DNA of 32,000 nt from Wallemia ichthyophaga EXF-994 (lineage: Eukaryota; Fungi; Basidiomycota), in contig NW_008806274.1 of assembly GCF_000400465.1 (NCBI RefSeq), positions 210,244 through 242,243 on the forward strand. The letters run 5' to 3'. The position numbers and the translations under genes were made by a program. Below, one piece after another: positions 10,007-21,654 of the stretch. The notes below the pieces were generated by a model. That model worked only from the letters and a program-made list of their open reading frames with translations, did not search any database and had not been told where the DNA came from. Numbering within the stretch: the stretch's first letter is position 1; each line of letters opens with the position of its first letter.

Positions 10007-11011
10007 TTAAAGCAATCCTTGCTTGTACTCGTTGACGTAAGCGTAGTCGCACTCACGCATTTCTACCTCAATTGGTGCTGATTTGGGTTTATGCGAGTAT
10101 TTTGATTCTTTCTTGCGCGTTTGTGAGCGTGTTTGGTATCTCGATGTAGATGTAGATGCAACTGACTCGTCTTGCTCATCTGCCACCTCTTGCTGTTGCT
10201 CATTGAGGGTGTACTGGTAAATGAAATCAGCCGTGTGTGTACGTTTACGCTTTGTTTCGTGTGAGTGCGAGGGAGAGTCGACAAGGACATCACTTTCATC
10301 AGTGAGATACTGTTTCTTTTTGCCCCTGGCCTTGCCCTTGACTTGCCCTCTACCTCTAACCCGACCGCTACCTCTTCCTCTTCCCCACCTCTACTCACAA
10401 CCTTCTTCGAGTGAGCGGGCTGCAAGTCAATCCCAACTGGTTCTTCTTGCTGGTCGCCAAAAGCGTGTTGGACGGCGTTTGGGTTGGCGGAAGAAGTCGT
10501 GAGTGTGCGTTTCCTCTTGGGTGTGGGTGCTTATGGGAGAATGTATATCTAAACGAAAGGAAGTGCGACTGTGATTGGAGTTAAGCATAGTCATTGTACT
10601 CCTAAAACACCTGATAATCTGGTATTTGGAAGGAGGTAAAGGTATCATAAACTGCCTCTTTGCGTTGGTGGCAGAGGGAGTTGAAGCCAGGGATGCTGTG
10701 AAGTGTGAGTTTGACTTTGAGTAAAGTCAAACAAACACCCACTCCAATAAGAGTGATAGACGCTGTTTATGTTATGCAGTTGATTTACTGTAACGCATTT
10801 CTAATGACGATACACGTAGCCATATTTCTCGGAGAATTTCACTCGCACTCCTAATCTTAACTCTCCATATCCAATCATTGTGCCTAAGTGGGGGTAGAGA
10901 GGGGTAAGACTATGAGATGGTGTGAGTGTATGTAATTATAAACTAACCTGTATATGGTTATGGTTCATTACAATGTGATCTACCACTTGGTACTGCTTCT
11001 ACTTTGTATTC
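10007..11011 (-). pseudogene. Disrupted PARP-type zinc-finger (Hpz1-like) gene
   Basis: Splicing 10884..10947 (GTTAGT..TAG) and 10696..10738 (GTGTTT..CTCAC..CAG) gives EYKVEAVPSGRSHCNEP*PYTGTMIGYGELRLGVRVKFSEKYGYVYRH*KCVTVNQLHNINSVYHSYWSGIPGFNSLCHQRKEAVYDTF, matching the zf-PARP pattern (SGR..C..C..GELRLG..RHWxC..GFxxL). Stops at 10958-10960 and 10801-10803; second Cys is TAT (10952-10954). The basic low-complexity tail needs frame changes and ends at TAA 10007-10009 before a GT-rich 3' region. Confidence 0.7.
10709..10732. repeat. Perfect inverted repeat, 10-bp stem with 4-nt loop
   Basis: GTTTGACTTT-GAGT-AAAGTCAAAC, inside a predicted minus-strand intron. Confidence 0.9.
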
Positions 11012-11100
11012 CAACAGTTTGTTTGGTGTGTTTGCTGTGATTGTTGTGAATGCTGTCGCTACTGCTATTACTACTGCTGCCGCTGCTATGATGACTTTAA

Positions 11101-11577
11101 TTAATCTGATTTCTCTGTTTGCTCTGTTTGCTCTGTTTGCCGCGTCTGCTGCTCTTTATTAAATCTCTCAAGGAGATCTGTGTACTTGGAAGACTTAAAG
11201 ATATGATCTTGTTGATAAGTTTGATTTATTGGTGGTATTATTGGTTTTGGTTGTGTGATGAGATTGTTATCATTGAATATCTCCGCCAAGCGCTCTTTGA
11301 CCGTGTGGGTTACTGCACTTGGAAATATTTCTAAAACTTCAACAAGTCTAATTATGTCTTTGTATGATAATGCCTGCTTGGATTCATTCGCTGGTTTCAA
11401 TACTCCCACTATATCTAGCAATCTATTCAGATCACGCGTTGCTCCTTCTGCATCTCCTATGGGTAGTGCACTTGGTATTGATTCTTTTGGCCATTGAAAT
11501 GATAAATCATTTACATTGTTACTCTCACATAACTCGCGTAAAAGTAACTCGGATTTATTTCTTTGCTTTTGATTCAT
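11101..11577 (-). CDS. Hypothetical protein (158 aa)
   Basis: Uninterrupted ATG-started ORF in AT-rich DNA, divergent from YKE2 (95-bp spacer). No family recognised; only a faint resemblance to the soluble part of Vma12. C-terminal QTE x3 from 9-nt repeats at 11113-11139. Confidence 0.55.
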   Translation of the reverse strand: MNQKQRNKSELLLRELCESNNVNDLSFQWPKESIPSALPIGDAEGATRDLNRLLDIVGVLKPANESKQALSYKDIIRLVEVLEIFPSAVTHTVKERLAEIFNDNNLITQPKPIIPPINQTYQQDHIFKSSKYTDLLERFNKEQQTRQTEQTEQTEKSD

Positions 11578-11672
11578 CGTTGTTATTGAATAAGAGAGTA
11601 TTTAAATCAATTAAGTGAAAATTTAATTTATATAGTTGGATGACCGCAATTCCTCACACCAACACACTCACC

Positions 11673-12055
11673 ATGGATACAGAATATCAACAGTTAACTC
11701 AAAATCTTGATAACTTGGTTGAAGTGAGGCAGAAGTTACAAGTACAATTCAATGAGAATAATCAAGTTAAGGATGTTAGTTGGGTGTGATTAGGTGTGAT
11801 TGAAATCAAGCTAACACAACACACAAACCCCAGGAATTCAACAAACTCACTCCTAATAACACCATTTACAAATTAGTTGGCCCTGCTTTAGTCGAGCAAG
11901 ATCAACATGAATCGAAACTTAACGTTGAAAAGCGCTTAGATTTCATAAAAAGTGAGATTGATAGAACTGAATCTGAGATTGAATCTGGGCAGAAAACAAT
12001 CCAATCGATACAGCAATCTATCAGTCAACAGACTCAACAAGAGTCTACAGAATAG
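11673..12055 (+). CDS. YKE2: Prefoldin subunit 6 (beta type; Gim1/Pfd6)
   Basis: Not in the ORF track. join(11673..11774,11834..12055); 59-nt intron GTTAGT..GCTAAC..CAG. RQKLQVQFNENNQVKDEFNKL..IYKLVGPALVEQD..NVEKRLDFIKSEI. Confidence 0.92.
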
Positions 12056-12101
12056 AACACATAATTCATATATTTATATCATTTCCTTTTCTACACTTAA
12101 C

Positions 12102-12940
<839 letters not shown>

Positions 12941-12987
12941 TTAAGTGGTAGTAGATCAACACGCGCGAGACACGTTACATGTAAACG

Positions 12988-14667
12988 ATGTCCACAAAAT
13001 ATTCAAATTTCAATTTACTAAAAGTGGAAGATATTGGTGATTCTGATTCAGATGATCAGGGTGATCAGAACCCAGCTACTCCACCTAAGAAGAGTACCAA
13101 GGTGCACAAGCACAGTGATAGACACTCCAACAGTCCTTCTAAACGTGCTTCTAAACAGCAGCCTCAGCAGCCTCAATTGGATTTTAAAGTTGATCCTGTT
13201 TATCATAAAGCACAGCCAGGGGTTGAGCAGAAGCCACAGCCAGTACACAAGTCAACTCCAGTACATAAGCAGAAGCCGGTGCTTGAGCAAAAGCCTGAAC
13301 CAATCCAACAGCCTGCGCATAAGTCACAACAACCCCAGCAACCCCAGCAACCCTCACAAACCCAATCCATCCCCGCTAAACCTTCCAAAAAACAAGCCAT
13401 TGTTACTCGCACTATTTGGACCTTCATCATGGTCTTCGGCTTCTTTGGTTGTCTAATGGCTGGGCACGCTTGGCTCATCATGCTCGTCATGCTCTGTCAA
13501 TCTCTCTCGTACCGCGAAGTCACCGCTCTCTTTGGGTTTAAGACGGAGTACGGCGTTAGAGCTAAGAATAGCGAGAAAGACAGATGGTCAACTATTCTTA
13601 ACTGGTGGGTGTTTCATTTCCACATATCACTTATCATACTCACACTCACTCACAGGTACTTCTTTGTCGTCACAAACTACTTCTTATACGGCGAATCCAT
13701 CATTTACTACCTCAAACATATCATCTTCGCAGACGTCTACTTCATCCAACTAGCCAAACATCACCGCTTCATCTCTTTCATGCTCTACATTATCGGCTTC
13801 ATGGGCTTCGTCGCCAACCTCAAACGTTCCTTCCTCAAGCGCCAATTCGTTCTCTTTTGTTGGGTACACATGTCTCTCCTTCTCATCGTACTCTCTTCCC
13901 ACTTTATCGTCAACAACATCCTCGAAGGAATCATTTGGTTTTGGGTACCTGCTTCTCTCGTTATTTGCAATGATATCTTTGCGTACGTCTTTGGTATGCT
14001 ATTCGGCAAAACTCCTCTTATTGCACTCTCACCAAAGAAGACTGTCGAAGGTTTCATTGGTGGAGGTATCGCAACCGTTTTGTTTGCATGGGGATGGGGT
14101 ACTATCTTCCAGCAATGGAAGTACATGATATGTCCTGTCCACGACCTTGGCACTTCAATCTTTTCTCAAGTGGAGTGTGTACCTAACCCGGTCTTTATTT
14201 GGCGTGAGTTTGAGATTCCAAGTATGATTTCAGCTCTGCTGAGTACCATGGTGAGGGGGTTTTAAGGTGTAAAACTGAATTTAATCTAACTCAAACGCAA
14301 ACAGACACAACGCGACATTACTATTATTCCATACACTCCATTCCAAATTCACTGCCTCTTCATGGCAACTTTCGCTTCAGTTGTTGCTCCATTTGGTGGA
14401 TTCTTCGCATCCGGTTTTAAGAGAGCATTCGATATCAAAGACTTTGGCGACTCAATACCAGGACACGGTGGTTTGACTGATAGAATGGATTGCCAATTCC
14501 TTATGGGATTGTTTGCTTACGTGTATTACAGCTCACTCATCCGCGAAGCTCACGTGTCGGCTGGACAAGTTCTCCAAACGATTGTGTCCTCGTTACGAGC
14601 AGATGAACAACTTGAGTTATTTAGCGACTTTAAAAAGTATTTAGAATCACAAAATTATCTGTCTTAA
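12988..14667 (+). CDS. CDS1: Phosphatidate cytidylyltransferase (CDP-DAG synthase)
   Basis: join(12988..13604,13656..14250,14305..14667). CNDIFAY, LSPKKTVEGFIGG, APFGGFFASGFKRAFDIKDFGDSIPGHGGLTDRMDCQ. Confidence 0.96.
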
Positions 14668-14721
14668 TCAATTTATTCATTTTTGTGTGTGTCTTCCTTG
14701 TTCCAAAACACGCAACACACG

Positions 14722-17700
14722 ATGGACAGTATCGCGGTTCTATTGTCGCAATCTTTACAACTTGGTCCACAGCGCAAGCAGGCTGAGCAGCAGCTACAGC
14801 AAGGTGAATCCCAGGCAGGATTTCTTCTCTTACTGCTCCAGCTCCTCGGTCAGGAGAATGCACCAAATGAGATACGCCTGGCTGCTGCAGTTTTGCTTAA
14901 GAATAATATAAGAAAGAATTGGGTGAGTGTTGTGCGTCTGTGGTCGTGTGGTTGCTCACACACCAACAGCCAGAAGACACAGCTATAAGCGTGCAAGATA
15001 GAAACACGGTCAAGGCTCAAATAGTACCTGCTATGATTGCGTTATCTTCTAGACCTCCTTTACAAGCTCAGCTTGGTGAAGCCGTTGCTATTATCGCGGA
15101 GCATGACTTCCCTGCAAATTGGGATGGTTTGATTGATGTGCGTAGTGTTCTGGCGATAAACACAACCTAACACAACACTCCACAGCAACTCGTTGCTGCA
15201 CTCACAGAATCAGATTACTCGATTAACAACGGCGTCCTCACCACAGCTCACTCCATCTTCAAAAGATGGCGCTCACAATTTCGCACAGATGACCTCTTTA
15301 GAGAGATTATATACGTTTTAGAGCGTTTCTGTGAACCATTCTTAGGCATCTTTAGACGCACTGATCACCTCCTCAGCGATCCCTCATACCACTCTCTTCC
15401 AGAAGCTCAACGCGTACAGTTAGCACAAGCAATGATCCTACTCACTCAAATTTACCACGACCTCAACTCACAAGACCTGCCTCCTTTCTTCGAGGACAAT
15501 AACAATGAATTTATGGGCTACTTTGCAAAATACTTGGTCGAATGGAACGCCCAGTTCGATGATGGCGGCGGCGAGGACCCAACACCTCTAGAAAAGATTA
15601 GAGCGAGTATTTGTGAGATCGTTGAGCTCTACTCGCAGAGATACCTCGATGCATTCCCTCAAATGGGTGCGTTCGTTGAGCGTGTGTGGACGTTGGTTAT
15701 TGGTTTGGGTCAATCAACAAAGTACGACGTTTTGATCAGCAAGGCGCTGAAATTCTTAAGCACAGTCGTTAGAAATCCAGATCAACGTGGTGCAATTGAC
15801 AACGAGGCAACACTCAATCAATTTTGCGAAAAGATTATTCTCCCAAATATGCAAATGCGTGAACATGAGGAGGAGATGTTCGAGGATGATCCATTGGAAT
15901 ACGTGAGGAGAGATTTAGAACCTACTTCGGATTCAGACACGCGTAGATCTGCTGCTACTGAATTTACACGTGCTTTGATGGAACAATTTGAGAGCACTAT
16001 TACGACTATCATTAAGGGCTATATTGCTAATTGTTTACAAGTATTTAGTCAACAAAACTGGAAAGCTAAAGATACCGCTATATACCTTCTCACATCTATC
16101 GCAAGTAAGGGATCCACATCTTCACATGGTGTGTCATCAACTAATCAACTCATTGATGTTATTTCCTTCTTCTCTGAACATGTTTTCCAACACCTTCAAA
16201 ACCCTTCACACCCAATACTTGAAGTTGACGCCATCAAGTTTTTGTACACATTCCGTAACCAGCTCAGCAAAGAGCAGATACTGTCAGTCTTACCGTTGCT
16301 CGTTCGTCACTTGGGAAGTGAGAATTACGTTGTTTACTCATACGCTGCTATTACTTTAGAGAGAACGTTGGCGTTGAGAAGAGACGGGAAGCAGGTTATC
16401 GAAAAGGACGACGTGAGAATATTTGCTCAGGATATCTTAGTTGCCATATTTAACAAGATTGGTGAGGCTCCAACGCCAGAAAAGAAGGCCGAGAATGAGT
16501 ACCTCGCCCGTGCTGCTATGCGTATTATCTTGGTCGCTCAAGATAGCTTGTCTGATGTACATGAGGCAATCCTCGACTACTTAGTTGGTATTACGACGGA
16601 GATTTCCAAGAATCCATCCAACCCACGTTTCTCGCAGTACATTTTCGAGGCAATTGCTGCTTTGGTTAGGTTTGTTGGGGGTACACATAAGCAACTCCTC
16701 CCCAACATGACCAACAAGCTACTCTACGGACCTTTCCAAATGATTCTGGGTCAGGACGTCCAGGAGTTCCAGCCATTCGTTTTCCAAATTGTCGCTCAGT
16801 TGTTGGAAATTCAGGGCGAGGGTACGCCAGATGCATTCAAGCCTCTACTCGCGCCGTTAATGCAGCCTACACTATGGGAGCAGCGTGGTAACGTTCCACC
16901 TCTGGTGAGACTTTTGAAGGCCTTCTTGCTCAGAGTGTCCGAGGACATAGTCGCAAACAACCAGATCAGCAACATTCTGGGTGTGTTTCAAAAACTCATT
17001 GGAAGTAAGGTGCAGGATGTGTACGGATTTGAGTTATTAGAGGGGCTCATCGAGAATGTACCTGCGCAAACCATGCAGGATTACATTGCACCCGTTTTGA
17101 CTTTGCTTCTTACACGTCTGCAAGCGAGCAAGACTGACCAGTTTACACGTGCATTCATCCACTTCTTTATGCTCACTGCTGCGCTCGACGACAAGGGGTA
17201 TGGAGTGCCGTTCTTGGTTAGCGGTTTCGATAAGGTTCAGCCGGGGTAAGGGTGGCGTTTGATAGATAAACGCACACACTAACATTTCTCACAGTCTGCT
17301 CCCTCAGGTGCTCCAATCTGTGCTTCTTCCCGAAGTTCAGAAAGTCACGCAGCGCGATCGCAAGGTCGTCTACATCGGTCTGGTGAAGCTATTGACAAAC
17401 ACGCAAACTATACAAATGGGCAAGGTGTGGTCCGTTGCAATGGAGTCTCTGCTTAAGCTCTTCATCAACCCACAGGATCTCAAGGCTGCGGGTACGAATG
17501 AAATTCTTGTGGACGACGAATCAGGCTATCAGACGACTTACGCTCGTTTGGCTTCGTCTGATTATCCTCCAGCTGACAGGTTTCCCAGTGTCACCGATGA
17601 GCGCTCTTTCATGAGCTCTAGCTTGGACGCTTTCAGTAGGAACGTCCCAGGTCAGATCCCTCCGCTTCTGCAAGGCATCCCTAACGAATTACTCTCCCCA

Positions 17701-17742
17701 CTCGTGCAATTCATGCAGTCTAACGGTCAGACCATTGTGTGA
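14722..17742 (+). CDS. CSE1: Importin-alpha re-exporter (exportin-2)
   Basis: join(14722..14922,14970..15137,15186..17245,17295..17742); introns 47, 48, 49 nt; 958 aa. DFPANW, EEMFEDDPLEYVRRDLE, DTRRSAATEF, NWKAKDTAIYL, SKNPSNPRF. Confidence 0.97.
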
Positions 17743-17835
17743 TTTTAATTTGTGGAGGTTTGTTGGTTTGTTTGTGGGTGTATAAAATGCATTTATATTA
17801 TATTACACAAGACACGTGGTGGTGATGATTACTGG

Positions 17836-19382
17836 CTAAACTTGAATTGGTGCGGCTTGTGCAGCTCCTGTTCCACTTCCAGCTGCTTGAAATGGATTGT
17901 GCCTAATAACTACCTGCTCAACGACATGCTCCGAGTCTGCGAAACCGAGTATGTCTGAGATGAGTGAGCTGTAGATGCGTTGGCATGTTAGTCAGGAATA
18001 CAACACCAAACACTCCCACCTTTTGGCCCCTTTGACTCTGTCTATATCGGTGGAGTTGTAATTCGCCAATCCTCGTCCAATCTCAATGTTGATGTTACCT
18101 TCGCTCAATCCTCCGGTAATGTTCGTCTCAAGTGAAGAAACACTACCGCTTACATTTTGAGGTGCGAGATTTGGAGTTGGTGGGTAACCCTCATCGTTCA
18201 TCCTGATAGCTGCGAGCGAGAGTGGAGAGATGTTTGACGTGATTGTCGCATTAACCAAGGATATAGTGACTGCTTGACCAATGGCAAAGGTGCCGCGCAC
18301 AGCGACCACCCCGGCTGGTAGAAGTCTCCCTCCGCCTCTCACCAACGCCTTGGCAGCACCAACATCGATGACAATCTCTCCCGCAGGATTGAGACCATTA
18401 AGGATCCACCACTTGCGATCTCCCAAAGGATTACTCTTGGACAGAAACGCCGTGTGTGGAGGTGCAGCGAGCGACCCCCCCTCGTCTCCACCCGGAGCAG
18501 TGATAATGTCGAATATGCGCTCAGGGTGGGCACCGTGGGAGACGACGGTGGTGACACCGGCAGCTGTAGCCAGCTCCGCTGCTATAATCTTGGTCTCCAT
18601 TCCACCCGTACCTAGAGAAGTGCCCATTGTCGACGTCGAAACTGTCTGGCGGATATCAGCGATGTCTTTGACAATGCTCACCGGCTTCGCGTCGGGGTTC
18701 TTCCGCGGATTATCCGTATAAAGACAGTCAACGTCTGTCATCAGAAACAGGTAATCAGCGTGCACCATAGCGGCTGTGATTGCAGAGAGCGTGTCGTTGT
18801 CACCGAACTTGATCTCGGACACACTGATAGTGTCGTTCTCATTGACGATAGGCACAACGCCCATGTCGAGCAGCTCTGAGAAGGTGTTGACGGCATTGAG
18901 GTAGCGTGTGCGCTGGGCTGTTAGCAGGGCGCCACCACTCTACACTCCACTCACATCTGAAATGTCGCCCCTGGTTAGCAGGATCTGGGATATTGGCTGC
19001 GAGAGCTGGGAGAAGAGGTTGTCCCAGAGCGCTATTAGTCGTCCTTGTCCGATTGCAGCTAGGGCCTGTTTGGCGTGTGAGCTGTGTCATGGGAATCAAC
19101 AACCGCACGCGCCTGCTTCTTCGCAAGGCCTTTCGGACGACGGGCCATGTCCATCCTCTTCAGCCCCACGCCGATAGCGCCGGATGACACGATGACAACT
19201 CGGTGCCCGGCGCGTATCAGGCTCACCGCCGTCTCGACGATACTAGATAAGAGAGCAATCTTGGGGAGATGGGTGTGGTCGTCGTTCACGATGGAGCTCG
19301 TACCCAGCTTAATCACAATCGTCAGGTGCTCCTTTGGGCCCGCGTGCCGTGGATTGGTCCTAAAGTCCGCGCTGGCATTCAT
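17836..19382 (-). CDS. PRO1: Glutamate 5-kinase (gamma-glutamyl kinase) with PUA-like C-terminus
   Basis: complement(join(17836..17968,18020..18912,18955..19065,19113..19382)); intron 1 is [55 protein letters not shown]. Confidence 0.95.
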
Positions 19383-19456
19383 GATGGTACCGAAGATGGA
19401 GACAGAGCGTGGATTGCAGGCATGGTTGGGAGCAGCCAAATGAGCATCTTCTGCAT

Positions 19457-19482
19457 CTCGTGTAACTCGTGTAACTCATGTG
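19457..19482. repeat. 9-nt direct repeats in the PRO1/DLD1 divergent spacer
   Basis: ctcgtgtaa ctcgtgtaa ctcatgtg. Confidence 0.7.
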
Positions 19483-19530
19483 CTTTGTAATTCACCTGCA
19501 TCTCCTGTATCTTCAACACCTTTTACTCTC

Positions 19531-21277
19531 ATGTTCAGGCGTCTTATTGGACTCAGCAGTGCAGGTAGCAGAACTGGCCATAGAGCACTCTATGCTGGCG
19601 CAATAACTAGCGCGGTGCGTGGGCGGTCTACATTGCACTAACCTCTGACACGTTGAATCAGGCCAGCTATCTGTATTTCAGCCATCTCAGCAGCAACAGC
19701 AGCAATATCCGCAACAATCTAAGCAGCGATTTCAACAAGAAATACATACACAATGACGCATTGTCGTCTCCCGCACAACAACCGTATAACACACCAACTC
19801 CAGCCATAGTCGACGAGCTCAAGTTAAAGATCGGAGATGAGCACGTTATTACAAGACAGGATGTTATCCAGAGCAGCGTAAACTCACAGTGGTCATATCT
19901 CGTCGATGCCCCGCCCTCCATTATCGTAAACCCTGCAACAACACAGGACGTCGTAGAGATTGTTAATATTGCGCGCAAACATCACATTCCACTTATTAGC
20001 AGAACCGCTGGTACCTCCTTAGAAGGCCATTGCAGTGCCGAGCATGGTGGAATTATGATCGATTGCGAGCAGCGTATGGCAGAAATACTTGAAATATACC
20101 CTGACGATATGCAAGTACGCGTACAGCCAGGTTTGAAGTGGGTAGACCTCAACGAGCATCTCGAAGAAGCCGGCCTAAGCTTGTTCTTCCCTCTCGATCC
20201 CTCCCCAGGCGCAGCTATCGGTGGCATGTTGTCAACAAATTGTTCGGGAACTAATGCATGCAAATACGGTTCAGCATCTTCCGGAAATTGGTTTTTGAAC
20301 ATCACAGTTGTGCTAGGTGAGTTTTTTTCCGTTTGTGTCTTAATATTAACAATTATAGCCAACGGTAAGGTAATGAAGACGCGCCAGCGCGCTAAGAAGA
20401 GCTCAGCTGGTATTGATTTGACAAAATTATTCACCGGCGCTGAGGGCACTCTCGGTGTGATAACGGAGCTAACTCTGAAGCTGGCTCCGAAGGAGCCCAC
20501 CTCCGTCGCTATTGCACCCTTTGATACCATAGAGGATGCAGCCAAGGGCGTCTCCAAGGTCATCCAAAGTGGTATCAGTGTGAATTGTGCAGAGCTTCTG
20601 GACGATCTATCAATTATCGCTAACAATAGTAGTCGCACAACCAAACAGTATGCAGAGAAGCCCCACATCTTCTTCAAGTTCGTCGGCACACCAGCGCATA
20701 TGGCTGAGGATGCAGATCGCACAGCGAGCATTGTGAGGGAGTTCGGCAGCCACCTCGAATATGCAGAGACAGACGAGGAAGCGAAGAATCTGTGGGAGGC
20801 GCGCAAGTGGGGTCTGGCCAACATCAACGCGATGGTTCCTGAATCTCGAATCTGGACGACGGATGTTTGTGTCCCTCAGTCCAAATTGCCAGCCCTCGTC
20901 AGACAGATTAAGGCGGACGCAACACAAGCTGGTATCTACGCCCCCCTTCTTTCCCACGCTGCAGACGGTAATTGTCACTTTCTCCTTGCTTTCAAAGATG
21001 ATAAGGAGAGGGTTATAGTGGAGCAATTGGTAGAAAAGATGGTAGAGCGTGCACAGGCTTTAGATGGTACTTGCACGGGTGAACACGGCGTAGGCGTCGG
21101 CAAGAAACACCATCTGGTGCATGAGCTTGGCGATACCACTGTCGAGGCGCTCTGGTCACTCAAGAGAGCATTCGATCCCGATAACATCATGAAGTGGGTA
21201 CGCGCACGATACTTGGATCTCATCTCACATCTCACAGCCCAGGAAAACTATACCCAGATATCGATTTTCACAAATAG
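19531..21277 (+). CDS. DLD1: Mitochondrial D-lactate dehydrogenase (FAD-binding oxidoreductase/transferase type 4)
   Basis: join(19531..19614,19662..20316,20359..21193,21238..21277). Arg/Ser-rich presequence MFRRLIGLSS; GTSLEGH, PLDPSPGAAIGGM, GAEGTLGVITE, TDVCVP, CTGEHGVGVGK, NIMNPGK. Exact orthology within the family not proven. Confidence 0.88.
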
Positions 21278-21654
21278 GTGATTTAGCGTTTCTGTTTTGG
21301 TCACAAGTCACAAGTGCGCTTAAAACATTTCAAATGAACCAAATTTGTCAATACTTTGTCTAATCTACAATATGAACCCCTTACATGATGTCATGGACGA
21401 TAAAGGCAACTCAAGGGCACTTGGAGATAGTTTGTTAGATTATTCATATACCCTACACAATCAACAGAATAGCCTGACATTCAATACAATTATATGCTCA
21501 TAATCTGTTGAAAGTTTATGTTAATTTATGGTAAGCCGATATCAGTTTGAGAATTGCAGCTTACATCAAGAACAGCGCACACATATCACAACATTCTCAG
21601 TCTTGATGCGAATCAATCTGAACAGTCATGTATATGAGTAATGCATGGTATATA

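Noticed and set aside
10395-10878. Alternative intact 113-aa model from ATG 10878 using introns 10763..10815, 10696..10742 and 10569..10610
   Set aside because: Phases fit, but the GTGTAT donor and branch are weak and the splice removes the H-x-x-C ligands that align to zf-PARP, which shows that stretch is ancestral exon. Only RNA-seq could revive it.
11140-11170. Programmed frameshift joining ORF 11101..11577 to the hydrophobic / zf-PARP frame at AATAAAG
   Set aside because: No canonical slippery heptamer or downstream structure, and the fusion has no homology support.
19982-21026. Long - strand ORFs (281 aa and 138 aa)
   Set aside because: Antisense to DLD1; no recognisable domain.
21385-21477. 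Possible box C/D snoRNA (ATGATGT ... CTGA)
   Set aside because: Imperfect C box, no terminal stem, no recognised rRNA guide.
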